Positions 40,022 through 49,999 are shown, counted from the stretch's first letter. The stretch is 64,000 nucleotides of DNA from an uncultured Gemmatimonadales bacterium (GCA_963816355.1 CAWFKH010000005.1:160001-224000), one strand, 5' to 3'. Numbers and translations are program-made. Notes: generated by a model from the sequence alone, not told the origin.

Positions 40022-40264
40022 ATGGCTCGCACGTCCCGCAACGAGCGCACGCTCGCCGCCTGGATCGGCGGCATCCTGGTCGGCGTGCTCTGGATCGCGA
40101 TGGCCGTGACCTGCCTCGTCAGCGGACTGCGCGGCTACGCCAACGACCGCGGCGACTGGGGCCTCGCGTGGACCCTCATCGGGACCCTGCTCCTCGTCGC
40201 CGGAAGCGCCGCCATCGTCGGCACCTGGTGGCACCAGCGCCACGTGCTCCGCGACGAACACTGA
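40022..40264 (+). CDS. Small two-TM membrane protein
   Basis: GAGG SD; upstream TTGCCC-N16-TATATT; two hydrophobic helices. Confidence 0.78.
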   Translation: MARTSRNERTLAAWIGGILVGVLWIAMAVTCLVSGLRGYANDRGDWGLAWTLIGTLLLVAGSAAIVGTWWHQRHVLRDEH

Positions 40265-40334
40265 GGGGCCCGCGACCGGCCCGCGGGCTCGAGGCCCTCC
40301 CACGCGTCGGCTCTCCGCCAGTGCACCACCCGCC

Positions 40335-40700
40335 TCACCTCGCCGAACTCTTCCAGAAACCCAGCAGCTCCGCCTCGTAGCGCGCCGGCTCCCGCCGGTA
40401 CCCACGCTCCCACTCCTCGAAAGGCGGCAGCTCCAGCCGCCGCGACAGCGCCTCCGTCACGCGCTCCACCAGGTCCCGATACGAAAGGGCCGGCCCCGGG
40501 CGATTCCCGGCGCCGGCATCTCGCGACGCATCCGATTCCGCCGATTCCGACCCGCCGCCCGACCCCACGCCCTCTTCCTCGGCGTGCGCCAGACGATAGA
40601 TCTCCTCAGGCGTCAACTGGAGAAAGTGATCCGCAATCCGCGCGGAACACCAGTCCAGATACTTCGCTCGGAGCACTTCCTCGGGCTGTTGCGCGTCCAT
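40335..40700 (-). CDS. Hypothetical protein with an LPPFxxWxxxY domain
   Basis: GAGG SD; resembles the C-terminal half of 41573-42307. Confidence 0.8.
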   Translation of the reverse strand: MDAQQPEEVLRAKYLDWCSARIADHFLQLTPEEIYRLAHAEEEGVGSGGGSESAESDASRDAGAGNRPGPALSYRDLVERVTEALSRRLELPPFEEWERGYRREPARYEAELLGFWKSSAR

Positions 40701-40866
40701 CGCCTCTGCGAGACCGGGTTCCGGGGAGAGCCACCGTCGCCGCCGCTCCCCGCGCCGGCACGGCCTCCGCCCGCCCCGATCCGGATCGGCTCCGGATCAC
40801 CACTCCCTCGCCGCGCTCCCACCTCCCCGCCGCCGCACACCAGCCTACCTGCACCCCCCCGCCCCG

Positions 40867-41076
40867 TCAAGCATGCCGCTTCTGCGCCGCCACCTCCCCG
40901 CTCCGCGACAACTGCCGATAGATCGCCCGACGCGTCAGGCCATACACCAGAATCCGACTCAACGCTTCAGGATCCCGTTCCTGAACCTCCCTCACCTCGT
41001 CCGCCAGCTCGCGGGGTAGCCGGACCTGCAGATCGATGGCACAGCTGTCCACGGAGCGATCCACTTCGATCATCAT
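40867..41076 (-). CDS. Small hypothetical protein, ribbon-helix-helix-like (start uncertain: 41076, 41073 or 41052)
   Basis: IDLQVRLPRELADEVREV...LSRILVYGL strand-helix-helix pattern. Confidence 0.6.
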   Translation of the reverse strand: MMIEVDRSVDSCAIDLQVRLPRELADEVREVQERDPEALSRILVYGLTRRAIYRQLSRSGEVAAQKRHA

Positions 41077-41105
41077 CGGCTTTTTGTGGATAATTGTGTG
41101 GAAAC
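41045..41105. promoter_or_regulatory. DnaA-box cluster (one perfect box, three degenerate)
   Basis: TGTGGATAA 41085-41093 is the reverse complement of TTATCCACA. Also TGTGGAAAC 41097-41105, CTGTCCACG 41045-41053 and CGATCCACT 41057-41065. Confidence 0.65.
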
Positions 41106-41572
41106 AGGAAACCGTGCGCGGGCCGGGCCCGGGGGCGCCCTCGCGCGACTGCAGCTTCGACGGACATGCCAAAGTAGGGGAGGTGTCGCTCACGCGTCAA
41201 GGGCCACGTTTAAGCGTGCCGCCTGCAACGACTTAGCCTCATCTCATTATGCTGCAACGAGTTACGGCGAACCTCCGGGAGCGTGCTAGGGAACGGATTT
41301 TGGGGCAATGCGGGATCCGGGGGAGGAGGAGGCCGAGAAGCGGAAGGCGGCATTGTGGCAGGGGTTTACGGGACCGTGACATGAGAGAACGGGCCATGTC
41401 GGCGCGTTGAAAACATATGTATTTTGGCGAGGATGCGATGCGCAGCCGGGATCGCCGTGGCCGCCCCGACGGGCGCCGGCGGAGCGCCCGGCTTGACGCT
41501 CGGGGAGCGCGGGCGATAGCCTTGGGACGGCGGCCGCGCTCGCGGCCGCGCCCGCCGATTGCGATTGTCGAA

Positions 41573-42307
41573 ATGGTGCGCAGGATCGACCCCGATCAAC
41601 GACTGCTGGAATTCGAGCCCACGGAGTTGGAGGAGGAGCTGCCGCCCGGGGGCCGGTGCCGCTCGTTCTCGTTTCTGGAGCGAGCGGGCGAGCGTTGGAC
41701 GGTGTTTCTGGTGACGTTTCCGTCGCGGCTCGAGGACTGGCGTGGTTATTTCGCGTTTCGGCCGGCGAGCGCGGGAGCGGCGGCGGCGGTGATCCGGACG
41801 GCGGACCTGTTCGTGGAGGAGACGGAGGCGGAGGTCGGCGCGCGGGCGCGGAGTCTGGGGCGGCCGCTGATCGTGGCGCTTCTGGAGTCGGCGCTTCTGA
41901 CGTACGAGCGGCGGCGCGGCTTCTCGGAGGATGCGCGTCGCTGGTTCCGGCAGTTGCTGTCACGGCACTCGGCGTCGCTGGTGTCGGACCTCGGGCGCGG
42001 GGAGGTGGAGCCGTCGCTGTCGGATCTACGCTCGATGTACGACTCGTACCGGATCGACGAGGTGGCGCACCTGATCTCGCTGATGGCGCCGGAGGATTTC
42101 GCGGGGCTGGTGGGGCGGGTGCTGGAGGGGCGGGCGATCGATTTCGGAGCGCGGGACCGGCTGCAGCTCGCGATGCTGGTGGTGCAGGAGATCGAGGGGA
42201 AGCTGCCGCTGCCGCCTTTCGAGGTGTGGGTGGAGGACTATTTGGCGCATCAGGAGGAGTACCACCGCTACACGTACGCGCTGCATCGCGGCCGGGAGCT
42301 GCCGTAA
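41573..42307 (+). CDS. Hypothetical protein with a C-terminal LPPFxxWxxxY domain (ORF open from 41417)
   Basis: TTGACG-N18-TAGCCT at 41493-41522 favours ATG 41573; the stop lies 1 nt before cax. Confidence 0.8.
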   Translation: MVRRIDPDQRLLEFEPTELEEELPPGGRCRSFSFLERAGERWTVFLVTFPSRLEDWRGYFAFRPASAGAAAAVIRTADLFVEETEAEVGARARSLGRPLIVALLESALLTYERRRGFSEDARRWFRQLLSRHSASLVSDLGRGEVEPSLSDLRSMYDSYRIDEVAHLISLMAPEDFAGLVGRVLEGRAIDFGARDRLQLAMLVVQEIEGKLPLPPFEVWVEDYLAHQEEYHRYTYALHRGRELP

Positions 42308-42308
42308 C

Positions 42309-43394
42309 GTGGCTGCGCCGCGGCGTGGGCGGGGGCTGAGCGGGCGGGACAGCCTGCTGGCGTTGCTGGTGTTCGTGCCGCTGGCCGTAGTGCTGGAGGT
42401 ATGGACGACGGCGGGTCCGATCCCTGTATTCGCGACGTCGGCGCTGGCGATCGTGCCGCTGGCGGGGCTGATGGGGCGGGCCACGGACCGGCTGGCGCGG
42501 CGGCTGGGCGAGGGGATCGGGGGCCTGCTGAACGCGACGTTCGGCAACGCCGCGGAGCTGATCATCGCGGGCCTCGCGCTGCGCGAGGGACTCTACGACC
42601 TGGTGAAGGCGTCGATCACCGGCTCGATCATCGGCAACATCCTTCTCGTCTTCGGCGCGAGCGCGTTGGCGGGAGGGCTGCGGCGCCCGGTTCAGCGCTT
42701 CAACCGGACGGCGGCGAGCCTCGGCTCCACGTTGTTGGTGCTGAGCGCGATCGGTCTGGTGGTCCCAGCGATCTTCCACCTGGTCGCAGGCGGCGCGGCG
42801 GAGCAGGAGCTGAGCCTGGAGATCGCGGTGGTGCTGATGCTGACGTACGTGGTGAGCCTGCGTTTCACGCTCGGCACGCACCGCCACCTGTACGCGGGTG
42901 AGACGGCGCCCGAGGGCGGCGCCGAGGGCGGCTCGCTGTGGTCTCCGCTCCTCCTGCTCCTGCTTGCGACGGGCGGCGTCGCCCTGATGGCGGAGCTGCT
43001 GGTCGGCGCGACGGCGGCGACGGCGCGGGCGCTGGGGTGGAACGACGTCTTCGTCGGCGTCGTTCTGCTGGCGGTGATCGGCAACGCGGCGGAGCACTCG
43101 ACGGCCGTGCTGATGGCGCTGCAGGATCGCATGGACGCCGCGGTCAACATAGCGATCGGCTCGTCGATCCAGGTCGCGCTGTTCGTCGCCCCGCTGCTCG
43201 TGTTCCTCAGCTACGCGGTCGGACCCCGTCCGATGGACCTGCGCTTCACGACCATGGAGGTGGTGGCCGTGGCGATCGCCGTCGCCGTGATCTCCTCGAT
43301 CGCTCACGACGGCGAGTCGAACTACATGGAGGGCGTCCAGCTCCTCGCCGTTTACGTCATCCTCGGCATGGCCTTCTTCGCCCTCCCCGGCTGA
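42309..43394 (+). CDS. cax: Ca2+/H+ antiporter (CAX)
   Basis: [13 protein letters not shown] and IGNAAEH repeats; [15 protein letters not shown]. Confidence 0.95.
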   Translation: MAAPRRGRGLSGRDSLLALLVFVPLAVVLEVWTTAGPIPVFATSALAIVPLAGLMGRATDRLARRLGEGIGGLLNATFGNAAELIIAGLALREGLYDLVKASITGSIIGNILLVFGASALAGGLRRPVQRFNRTAASLGSTLLVLSAIGLVVPAIFHLVAGGAAEQELSLEIAVVLMLTYVVSLRFTLGTHRHLYAGETAPEGGAEGGSLWSPLLLLLLATGGVALMAELLVGATAATARALGWNDVFVGVVLLAVIGNAAEHSTAVLMALQDRMDAAVNIAIGSSIQVALFVAPLLVFLSYAVGPRPMDLRFTTMEVVAVAIAVAVISSIAHDGESNYMEGVQLLAVYVILGMAFFALPG

Positions 43395-43400
43395 CCCGCC

Positions 43401-44288
43401 TCAAACGCCCAACTTCATCGCGACCGGCGCCTCTCCACTGTAGTCATAGAAGCCGCGGCCGGCCTTGCGACCGATGTAGCCGAGGGCGACCATGCGGCCG
43501 AGCAGAGGCGGCGGCGCGAAGCGGGACTCGCGGTACTCCTCGAACATGATCTCGGCGATGCGGTGCAGCGTGTCGATGCCGACGAAATCGCTGAGCGTGA
43601 AGGGCCCCATCGGGTAGGCGGTACCGAGGGTCATCGCCTTGTCGATGTCCTCGATCGAGCCGACGCCCTGCTCAAGCGCTCGAATCGCATCGATCATGTA
43701 GGGGACGAGGAGGCGGTTGACGATGAAGCCGGACGTGTCCTTCGCCTCGATGGGCTCCTTGCCGAGCGAGGCCGCGAAGTCGTATGCGCGGCGGAAGGTC
43801 TCCTCGCTCGTCGCGATCGTGCGCACGACCTCGACGAGCTTCATCACCGGCACGGGGTTGAAGAAATGCAGCCCGACGACGCGGTCCGGCCGCCGGGTCG
43901 CGGCGGCCATGGCGGTGATGGTGAGCGAGCTGGTGTTGCTCGCGAAGATGGTGTCCGGCCCGCACGCATCGTCGAGCGTACGGAACATCGTGTTCTTCAG
44001 CTCGAGGTCCTCGGTGACGGCCTCGATGACGATGTCGGCGCCGGCGAGCGCCTCGAGATCGGTGGTGGGATGGATGCGGGAGAGGGCGGCGTCGCGCTCC
44101 TCGGCGGGCAGCTTGCCCTTCTCGACGGCGCGGCCGAGGCTCTTCTCGATCGCGCCGACGCCCTTCTTCACGAGATCCTCCGTCAGCTCGCGCACCCACG
44201 TCTCGTAGCCGGCGCGCGCCGAGACCTCGACGATGCCGCGCCCCATGAGTCCGCAGCCGAGGACGGCGACCCGTTCGATCTCCGCCAT
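43401..44288 (-). CDS. 3-hydroxyacyl(butyryl)-CoA dehydrogenase
   Basis: VAVLGCGLMG, ASNTSSL, GLHFFNPVPVM, GFIVNRLL, PMGP. Confidence 0.95.
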   Translation of the reverse strand: MAEIERVAVLGCGLMGRGIVEVSARAGYETWVRELTEDLVKKGVGAIEKSLGRAVEKGKLPAEERDAALSRIHPTTDLEALAGADIVIEAVTEDLELKNTMFRTLDDACGPDTIFASNTSSLTITAMAAATRRPDRVVGLHFFNPVPVMKLVEVVRTIATSEETFRRAYDFAASLGKEPIEAKDTSGFIVNRLLVPYMIDAIRALEQGVGSIEDIDKAMTLGTAYPMGPFTLSDFVGIDTLHRIAEIMFEEYRESRFAPPPLLGRMVALGYIGRKAGRGFYDYSGEAPVAMKLGV

Positions 44289-44368
44289 TCTATCCTCCGT
44301 TCGGTGAATTCGGTTCCGGTCGAGCGTGGGAATATGCGGCGGCGGAGTGCAGGCTTCAACCGGGCGGT

Positions 44369-45322
44369 CTACTCCCGGCTGGTGCGCGGGTTCAGGGCGC
44401 GGTCGAGGCGACGTCGCCACGCCGGCGCCTCTCCCGTGAGCCGATCGCCACGCTCCGCGCGGTCGAGCAGCCCTTCCGCCTCGTTGCGGAAGCCAGCCTT
44501 GAGGTTGCGGAACCAGGCGCGCGCGGCCGCCATGCCCACGCCGAGGCCGCCGGCCGCGCCGAGCGTCGCGCCGAGGCCGAGCACGCCGAAGAAGGCGACG
44601 GGATCGGGAAAGGTCGCACCGGTGGCGATGCCGATGCCGACCGCGAGCGCGCTGCCGGCCACCGCCCCGCCCGCGGCGCCGATGCCGATGCCGGTGGCGA
44701 GGGCGGCGCGACGGCGGTCGGAGAGGTCGACGTCAATGCGCAGGTGCGATCGCTCGAGGGGAGGCTGTACGGCCCCGGTGTCGGGACCGCCCTCGCGGGC
44801 GCCTGCGTCGCCCGCCTGCTCGCCGGCGCCGGCGACCTCGTCGCCGAGCGAGCGGACGGTGAGGGAGACGCCGCGGGCGCGGGCGAGAGCGTGCTCGCCG
44901 GCCCCGCGGCGGAAGGCGCGGCCGACCTTGGAGAGCAGGTCCTCCGCCGGCGCGAAGGAGGCGCGCCCCTCACGACGCCGCACGAGGCGCAGGTATTCCT
45001 CGGCGGAGAAATAGTCGGCGAAGCGGTCGAGCACGTCGCCAGGCGCGCCGGGCACGGCCCGGGACGCGACGATCACCGCGGCCCCGAGGCGGCGGTCGCT
45101 CCAGGTGGCGCGCGCGTCCGCCTGCAGCTCGTAGAGGGCCTGCCGGACGTAGCGCGCCGGGAGCCCGACCTCGCCGGCGATGCGGATCAGCTCCCCTTCG
45201 GAGAGGCGGTCCTCGGAGTCGACGTTGGCTGTGGCGAGCTCCGTGGCGCGCCGGAGCACGACCTCCATCTGGTGGCGCGTGACGCCACTCGCCTCCCCGC
45301 CCGGACGTGAGGGCTCGGCCAT
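44369..45322 (-). CDS. Hypothetical membrane protein (helical N-terminal domain, Gly-rich TM pair)
   Basis: GGAGG SD; lies 14 nt after the slipin stop; VLRRATEL...ELIRIAGEVGLP motif. Confidence 0.8.
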   Translation of the reverse strand: MAEPSRPGGEASGVTRHQMEVVLRRATELATANVDSEDRLSEGELIRIAGEVGLPARYVRQALYELQADARATWSDRRLGAAVIVASRAVPGAPGDVLDRFADYFSAEEYLRLVRRREGRASFAPAEDLLSKVGRAFRRGAGEHALARARGVSLTVRSLGDEVAGAGEQAGDAGAREGGPDTGAVQPPLERSHLRIDVDLSDRRRAALATGIGIGAAGGAVAGSALAVGIGIATGATFPDPVAFFGVLGLGATLGAAGGLGVGMAAARAWFRNLKAGFRNEAEGLLDRAERGDRLTGEAPAWRRRLDRALNPRTSRE

Positions 45323-45336
45323 CGGATCCTCCGCGC

Positions 45337-46332
45337 TCAGGGGCTGGGCAGCGGCGGCTTCGCGTCGCGGCCGGAGGTCGGCGCGCGCGCGCGGGGGTCA
45401 CCGCCGGCGAGCTCGGCGTCGCCGCCCGCAGGCGGGCTCTTGGCGACCTCGTCGAGCGGCTCACCGGACTTCAGGCGGCGGCCCTTTTCGCCCACGAGAC
45501 CGGAGGCGATCTCGTCGAGCTGCTCGATCTCCTCGAGCTCCTCGTCGACGGGGACCGGCGCGGGCGCCTCCGCCTCTTCGGCGCCCGCGAACTTGCGCAG
45601 CAGCGGCGTGAAGAGGTCGATCGGGATCGGGAAGAGCGTCGTGGAGTTGTTCTCGGCCGCGATCTCGGACACGGTCTGCAGGAAGCGGAGCTGGAGCGCG
45701 GCGGGATGGCGGCCGATGACGACGGCGGCCTTGGCGAGCTTCGCGGAAGCCTGGAACTCGCCCTCCGCAGCGATCACCTTGGCGCGCCGCTCGCGCTCGG
45801 CCTCGGCCTGCTTCGCCATGGCTCGCTTCATCTCCTGCGGCAGGTCGATGTCCTTCACCTCGACGGCGGTGACATCGATGCCCCACGGATCGGTGCCTTC
45901 GTCGATGATCTCACGCAGGATCTTGTTGATGTGCTCGCGCTCGGAGAGGAGCTGGTCCATCTCCGCCTGGCCCACCACGCTGCGCAGCGTGGTCTGGGCG
46001 AGCTGGCTCGTGGCGAAGAGGTAGTCCTCGATCTCGATCACCGCCTTCACCGCGTCGGTGACGCGGAAGTAGACGACCGCGTTGACTTTCACCGAGACGT
46101 TGTCGCGCGTGATCACGTCCTGCGGCGGGATGTCCATGGCGACGATGCGCAGCGGCACCTTCACCATGCGCTCGACGCCCAGCGGCACGAGGAAGATCAG
46201 CCCCGGCCCGCGCGGCCGCGTGAGGCGCCCGAGACGAAAGACGACACCCCGTTCGTACTCGCGCAGCACGCGCAGACTCGACAGGACGAGCCCGGCGGCG
46301 AAGATGCCGGCAGGGATCAATAGCTCGAGCAT
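45337..46332 (-). CDS. SPFH / slipin (stomatin-like) protein
   Basis: [50 protein letters not shown]. Confidence 0.95.
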   Translation of the reverse strand: MLELLIPAGIFAAGLVLSSLRVLREYERGVVFRLGRLTRPRGPGLIFLVPLGVERMVKVPLRIVAMDIPPQDVITRDNVSVKVNAVVYFRVTDAVKAVIEIEDYLFATSQLAQTTLRSVVGQAEMDQLLSEREHINKILREIIDEGTDPWGIDVTAVEVKDIDLPQEMKRAMAKQAEAERERRAKVIAAEGEFQASAKLAKAAVVIGRHPAALQLRFLQTVSEIAAENNSTTLFPIPIDLFTPLLRKFAGAEEAEAPAPVPVDEELEEIEQLDEIASGLVGEKGRRLKSGEPLDEVAKSPPAGGDAELAGGDPRARAPTSGRDAKPPLPSP

Positions 46333-46430
46333 GATTCAGCTCCTTCGCTGAAAGAGGGGGCGACGCTCGTTCACGTCGCCTCGTGGCCGCTCCGTCGGGC
46401 CGCGCGGCCGTCCGCGGGTGCCGTCCAGGT

Positions 46431-46514
46431 GAGCGCCCCGCCGCGTCAGGGGAGCGCCCCGCCGCGTCAGGGGAGCGCCCCGCCTCGCCAGGGATGCGCC
46501 CCGCCCCGTCAGGA
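46431..46514. repeat. 21-bp tandem repeat x4 (degenerate) abutting the thiolase stop codon
   Basis: Unit GAGCGCCCCGCCGCGTCAGGG. Confidence 0.8.
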
Positions 46515-47717
46515 GAGCGCCTCCACGACGACGGCCATGCCCTGTCCGCCGCCGATGCACGCGCTGCCGAGGCCGAAGCGCGCGCCGCGCCGCCGCAGCT
46601 CGTGCAGCAGGTGGACGGTGATGCGAGCGCCGGACGCGGCCAACGGGTGAGTCAAGGCGATCGCGCCCCCGTCGACGTTCGTGCGGCTCATGTCCAGCTC
46701 GAGTTCGCGGGCGACGGCGGCGACCTGCGGAGCGAACGCTTCGTTCACCTCGACGATCGCCATGTCGGTGAAGCCGAGCCCCGCCTTCTCGAGCGCCCGG
46801 CGGCTCGCCGGGGCGGGGCCGATCCCCATGATGTCCGGATCGACGCCGGCCACGCCCCACGAGACGAGTCGGCCGAGCGGCTTCGCGCCGTTCCGCTCCG
46901 CCCATGCCGCGCTGGAGAGGAGGACGGCCGCGGCGCCGTCGCCGATGCCGCTCGCGTTGCCCGCGGTGACCAGGCCGTCCTTCTTGAAGTACGGGCGCAG
47001 CGCGCCGAGTGCTTCGCGCGTGGTCCCCGGCCGCATATGCTCGTCCGTGCGGAATTCGACCTCGCCTTTGCGCGTCTTGACCATGATCGGTGCGATCTCG
47101 GCGTCGAAGCGGCCTTCGGCCCACGCCGCCTCGGCGCGGCGCTGAGACTGGAACGCGACCTCGTCGGCCTCCTCGCGCGTGACGCCGTACTTGTCGGCGA
47201 GCCGCTCCGCGGTCTGGGCCATGGAGAGGCCGCACTGCGTATCGGTGAGCGCCTGCCACAGCAGGTCCTCGAAGAAGCCGCCCGCGTCTCCGAGGCGCAG
47301 CGCGCCCCAGCGAGCGCCGCGCACCACGTGCGGCGCCTGGCTCATCGACTCCGCACCGCCGCAGAGACAGACCTCCGCCTGCCCGAGCAGGATCTGCATC
47401 GCGCCTTGCGCGATCGCCTCGAAGCCGGAGCCGCACAGCCGGTTCACCGTCAACGCGGGCACGTCGTTCGGAACGCCCGCGCGCAGCCCCACGTGGCGCG
47501 CGAGGTAGATGGCGTCGGCGGAGGTCTGCAGCGCGTTGCCGAAGAAGACGTGCTCGACGATGTCCGCGGAGACGCCGGCGCTGTCGAGCGCGGCGCGCGC
47601 GGCCTCGACGCCGAGGTCCGTGGCGGTGAAATCCTTCAGCGTTCCGCCGAACGTGCCGAACGGCGTGCGACGCGCGGCGAGGAAGACGACGTCGGTCGGT
47701 TGATTCTGGGTAGCCAT
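46509..47717 (-). CDS. Acetyl-CoA C-acyltransferase (thiolase)
   Basis: TVNRLCGSG, EVNEAFA, GGAIALTHPLAASG, SACIGGGQG. Confidence 0.96.
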   Translation of the reverse strand: MATQNQPTDVVFLAARRTPFGTFGGTLKDFTATDLGVEAARAALDSAGVSADIVEHVFFGNALQTSADAIYLARHVGLRAGVPNDVPALTVNRLCGSGFEAIAQGAMQILLGQAEVCLCGGAESMSQAPHVVRGARWGALRLGDAGGFFEDLLWQALTDTQCGLSMAQTAERLADKYGVTREEADEVAFQSQRRAEAAWAEGRFDAEIAPIMVKTRKGEVEFRTDEHMRPGTTREALGALRPYFKKDGLVTAGNASGIGDGAAAVLLSSAAWAERNGAKPLGRLVSWGVAGVDPDIMGIGPAPASRRALEKAGLGFTDMAIVEVNEAFAPQVAAVARELELDMSRTNVDGGAIALTHPLAASGARITVHLLHELRRRGARFGLGSACIGGGQGMAVVVEALS

Positions 47718-47741
47718 CAGGAGTCTCCCGGAGATCCGAGT

Positions 47742-48803
47742 TCAGGGTGTCGGTTCAATGGCGGCGGTGGCGGCCTCCGCCACCCAGTCGCCCACTTCGC
47801 CGGTGCGCAGGGAGCCACCGAGGTCCGCCGTGGTGTGGCGCGTGGCGATCGCGCGGCGGACCGCCGCTTCGATGCGGGCGGCCGCGGGGAGCGCACCGAC
47901 GTGCTCGAGCAGCATGGCACCGCTCAGGATCGCGGCGAGCGGATTCGCCCGGCCCTGCCCGGCGATGTCCGGCGCCGAGCCGTGCACCGGCTCGAAGACG
48001 CCAATACGCCCGGGGTGCAGGTTGGCGGAAGGCGCGAGCCCGAGCCCGCCCACCACGCCCGCCGCGAGGTCGCTGAGAATGTCGCCGAACAGGTTCCCCG
48101 CGACGATCACTTCGTAGCGCTGCGGCCGGCGCACGAGGTCCATCGCGAGCATGTCGACGTAGAGCGCCTCCTGCTCGATGCCGGAGTACTCCGCTCCGAC
48201 CTCGCGGAAGACCCGGCGCCACAGGTCGCCGGCGTGGCGCATCGCGTTGGCCTTGTCGGCGAGCGTGACGCGACCGCGGCCACGGGCGGCGGCGTGGTCG
48301 AAGGCGGCGCGAACGATCCGCTCCACGCCCTTGCGCGTGTTGACGTCCTCTTCGAACGCGAGCTCGTCCGGCGTGCCACGCTTGAAGCTGCCGCCGACGC
48401 CGACGTAGATCCCTTCCGTGTTCTCGCGGAAGATCACCAGGTCGATCCCTTCCGGCTCGCGCAGCGGCGACAGCGCCGCGTCGAAGAGGCGGACGGGCCG
48501 CAGGTTGACGTAGAGGTCGAGCCGGAAGCGCATGCCGAGGAGGATGTCGCGCGCGTGCGCGCTGTCCGGCACCCGCGGATCGCCCAGGGCGCCGAGCAAG
48601 ACCGCGTCGTAGCCGGCGAGGCGCTCCATCTCGTCGTCCGTGACGGAGACGCCCGTGCGCAGGTAGCGCTCCGCGCCGAGGTCCCATGCGTCGAAGTCGA
48701 GATGGAGGGCGTGGAGCGGCGCGACGGCGCGCAGCACCTTCACGGCTTCCGGGACGACCTCCGTCCCGATTCCGTCCCCTGGAATGACGGCGATCCTTGC
48801 CAC
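47742..48803 (-). CDS. leuB: 3-isopropylmalate / isocitrate-family decarboxylating dehydrogenase
   Basis: IPGDGIG, RENTEG, NLFGDILSD, FEPVHGSAPDIAG. Substrate is uncertain because no other leu genes are nearby. Confidence 0.75.
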   Translation of the reverse strand: MARIAVIPGDGIGTEVVPEAVKVLRAVAPLHALHLDFDAWDLGAERYLRTGVSVTDDEMERLAGYDAVLLGALGDPRVPDSAHARDILLGMRFRLDLYVNLRPVRLFDAALSPLREPEGIDLVIFRENTEGIYVGVGGSFKRGTPDELAFEEDVNTRKGVERIVRAAFDHAAARGRGRVTLADKANAMRHAGDLWRRVFREVGAEYSGIEQEALYVDMLAMDLVRRPQRYEVIVAGNLFGDILSDLAAGVVGGLGLAPSANLHPGRIGVFEPVHGSAPDIAGQGRANPLAAILSGAMLLEHVGALPAAARIEAAVRRAIATRHTTADLGGSLRTGEVGDWVAEAATAAIEPTP

Positions 48804-48882
48804 GCCTGAAGATAGCGAGGCCCGAAGCGCGGTGCTACCGAGGATCGGGGCCAGGGGCGGGCAGGGCGAGGGCGAGACGCGC

Positions 48883-48970
48883 GGGCGCGGCGGGCCGCTT
48901 CACCGCTCGGGCGCGGCGGGCCGCTTCACCGCTCAGGCGCGGCGGGCCGCTTCACCGCTCAGGCGCGGCG
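48883..48970. repeat. 26-bp tandem repeat x3.4 spanning the cupredoxin stop codon
   Basis: Unit RGGCGCGGCGGGCCGCTTCACCGCTC. Confidence 0.85.
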
Positions 48971-49446
48971 ACCGTCAGGCGGCCGGCGCCGCCGTGGGCG
49001 AGGCATTGGAACGGGTAATCCCCGGGTGGTGCGCCGTCGAGCGCGACCACCCACGTGGCGCCGCGCTCGATGAGCGGCGGGCCGCTCACCTGGTTCGTAC
49101 GCGCGAGGAAGGCGCGAGCGACGGCCGGCATCGCCGCGGTGTCGAACGCGACGGCGTGGGTGAGCGCGTCTCCTGCGACGAAGCGGACGGCGTCGCCGGG
49201 ACGGGCCCGGACGGAGGCCGGGTCGATCCGCTCGCGACCGTCACCGCCGCTGAGGCGCACGTCGTGGACGCGGGCGCCCGCCGGCAGCGTGACGACCCCG
49301 CTGTCGAGCTCGACGGTGCCCCCCGCCTCTGCGCCTCCCCGGGCGCCACGCCCGCAGCCGAGGAGCAGGCCCGCCGCGAGGATCGAAAAAACGACGCCGG
49401 AGCGCACCGCGGCGGCGCGCTCCGGCGTCGTTCGACGGCCGGACAA
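48952..49446 (-). CDS. Cupredoxin-like lipoprotein
   Basis: Lipobox LLGC; PGDAVRF..HAVAF...GDYPFQCLAH. Confidence 0.8.
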   Translation of the reverse strand: MSGRRTTPERAAAVRSGVVFSILAAGLLLGCGRGARGGAEAGGTVELDSGVVTLPAGARVHDVRLSGGDGRERIDPASVRARPGDAVRFVAGDALTHAVAFDTAAMPAVARAFLARTNQVSGPPLIERGATWVVALDGAPPGDYPFQCLAHGGAGRLTVAAPER

Positions 49447-49447
49447 G

Positions 49448-49942
49448 TCAGGACTTGTGGTGACTGATCGCGTAGATGTAGGCCGCCACGTCGTGGATCT
49501 GCTTGTCGGTGAGCTGGGCGCCGCCCATCGGCGGCATCGGGGCCGGGTGCTCCTTCGGATTCGGCACGCCGGTCTTGACCGTGCTCATGATCGACTGATA
49601 GCTGCCATCGATGTTGATCCAGACGGAATCCGTCTGGTTCGGCGCGAGGGCGGTGCCCTTCGCGTCGGGACCGTGACAGGTATAGCAGTTTCCCACGCCG
49701 CTGAAGATCTGCTGGCCCTGCTGTACGTCCTCCGCCGTGGCACCCTCCGGAATCTCACCGATCTCCGGCCCCTGCTGCGTCGTGGCCGACGCCATCTGGT
49801 TCGCATCGGCTGCGGGCGCGCTCGCCTCAGCCGCGGGCTGCTCCGTCTCCGCCCCCTGCTGGTCGCCTCCACCGCCACACGCCGCAGCCGTCACGCTCAC
49901 ACCGAGCGCGGCTACGACCAGACTCCACTTGCTCGTACGCAT
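49448..49942 (-). CDS. c-type cytochrome lipoprotein
   Basis: Lipobox AAAC; CYTCH heme motif; distal MPPMGG; GGAGGAGG SD. Confidence 0.92.
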   Translation of the reverse strand: MRTSKWSLVVAALGVSVTAAACGGGGDQQGAETEQPAAEASAPAADANQMASATTQQGPEIGEIPEGATAEDVQQGQQIFSGVGNCYTCHGPDAKGTALAPNQTDSVWINIDGSYQSIMSTVKTGVPNPKEHPAPMPPMGGAQLTDKQIHDVAAYIYAISHHKS

Positions 49943-49999
49943 CTCCTCCTCCTCCGTTGTGGCCCGCCTCTGAAGTTGCCGCGCCGATCAGGACGCCGC

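Noticed and set aside
41236..41264. dif-like site (…CATTATGCTGCAA…)
   Set aside because: Only TTATG matches the XerD arm and there is no matching XerC arm.
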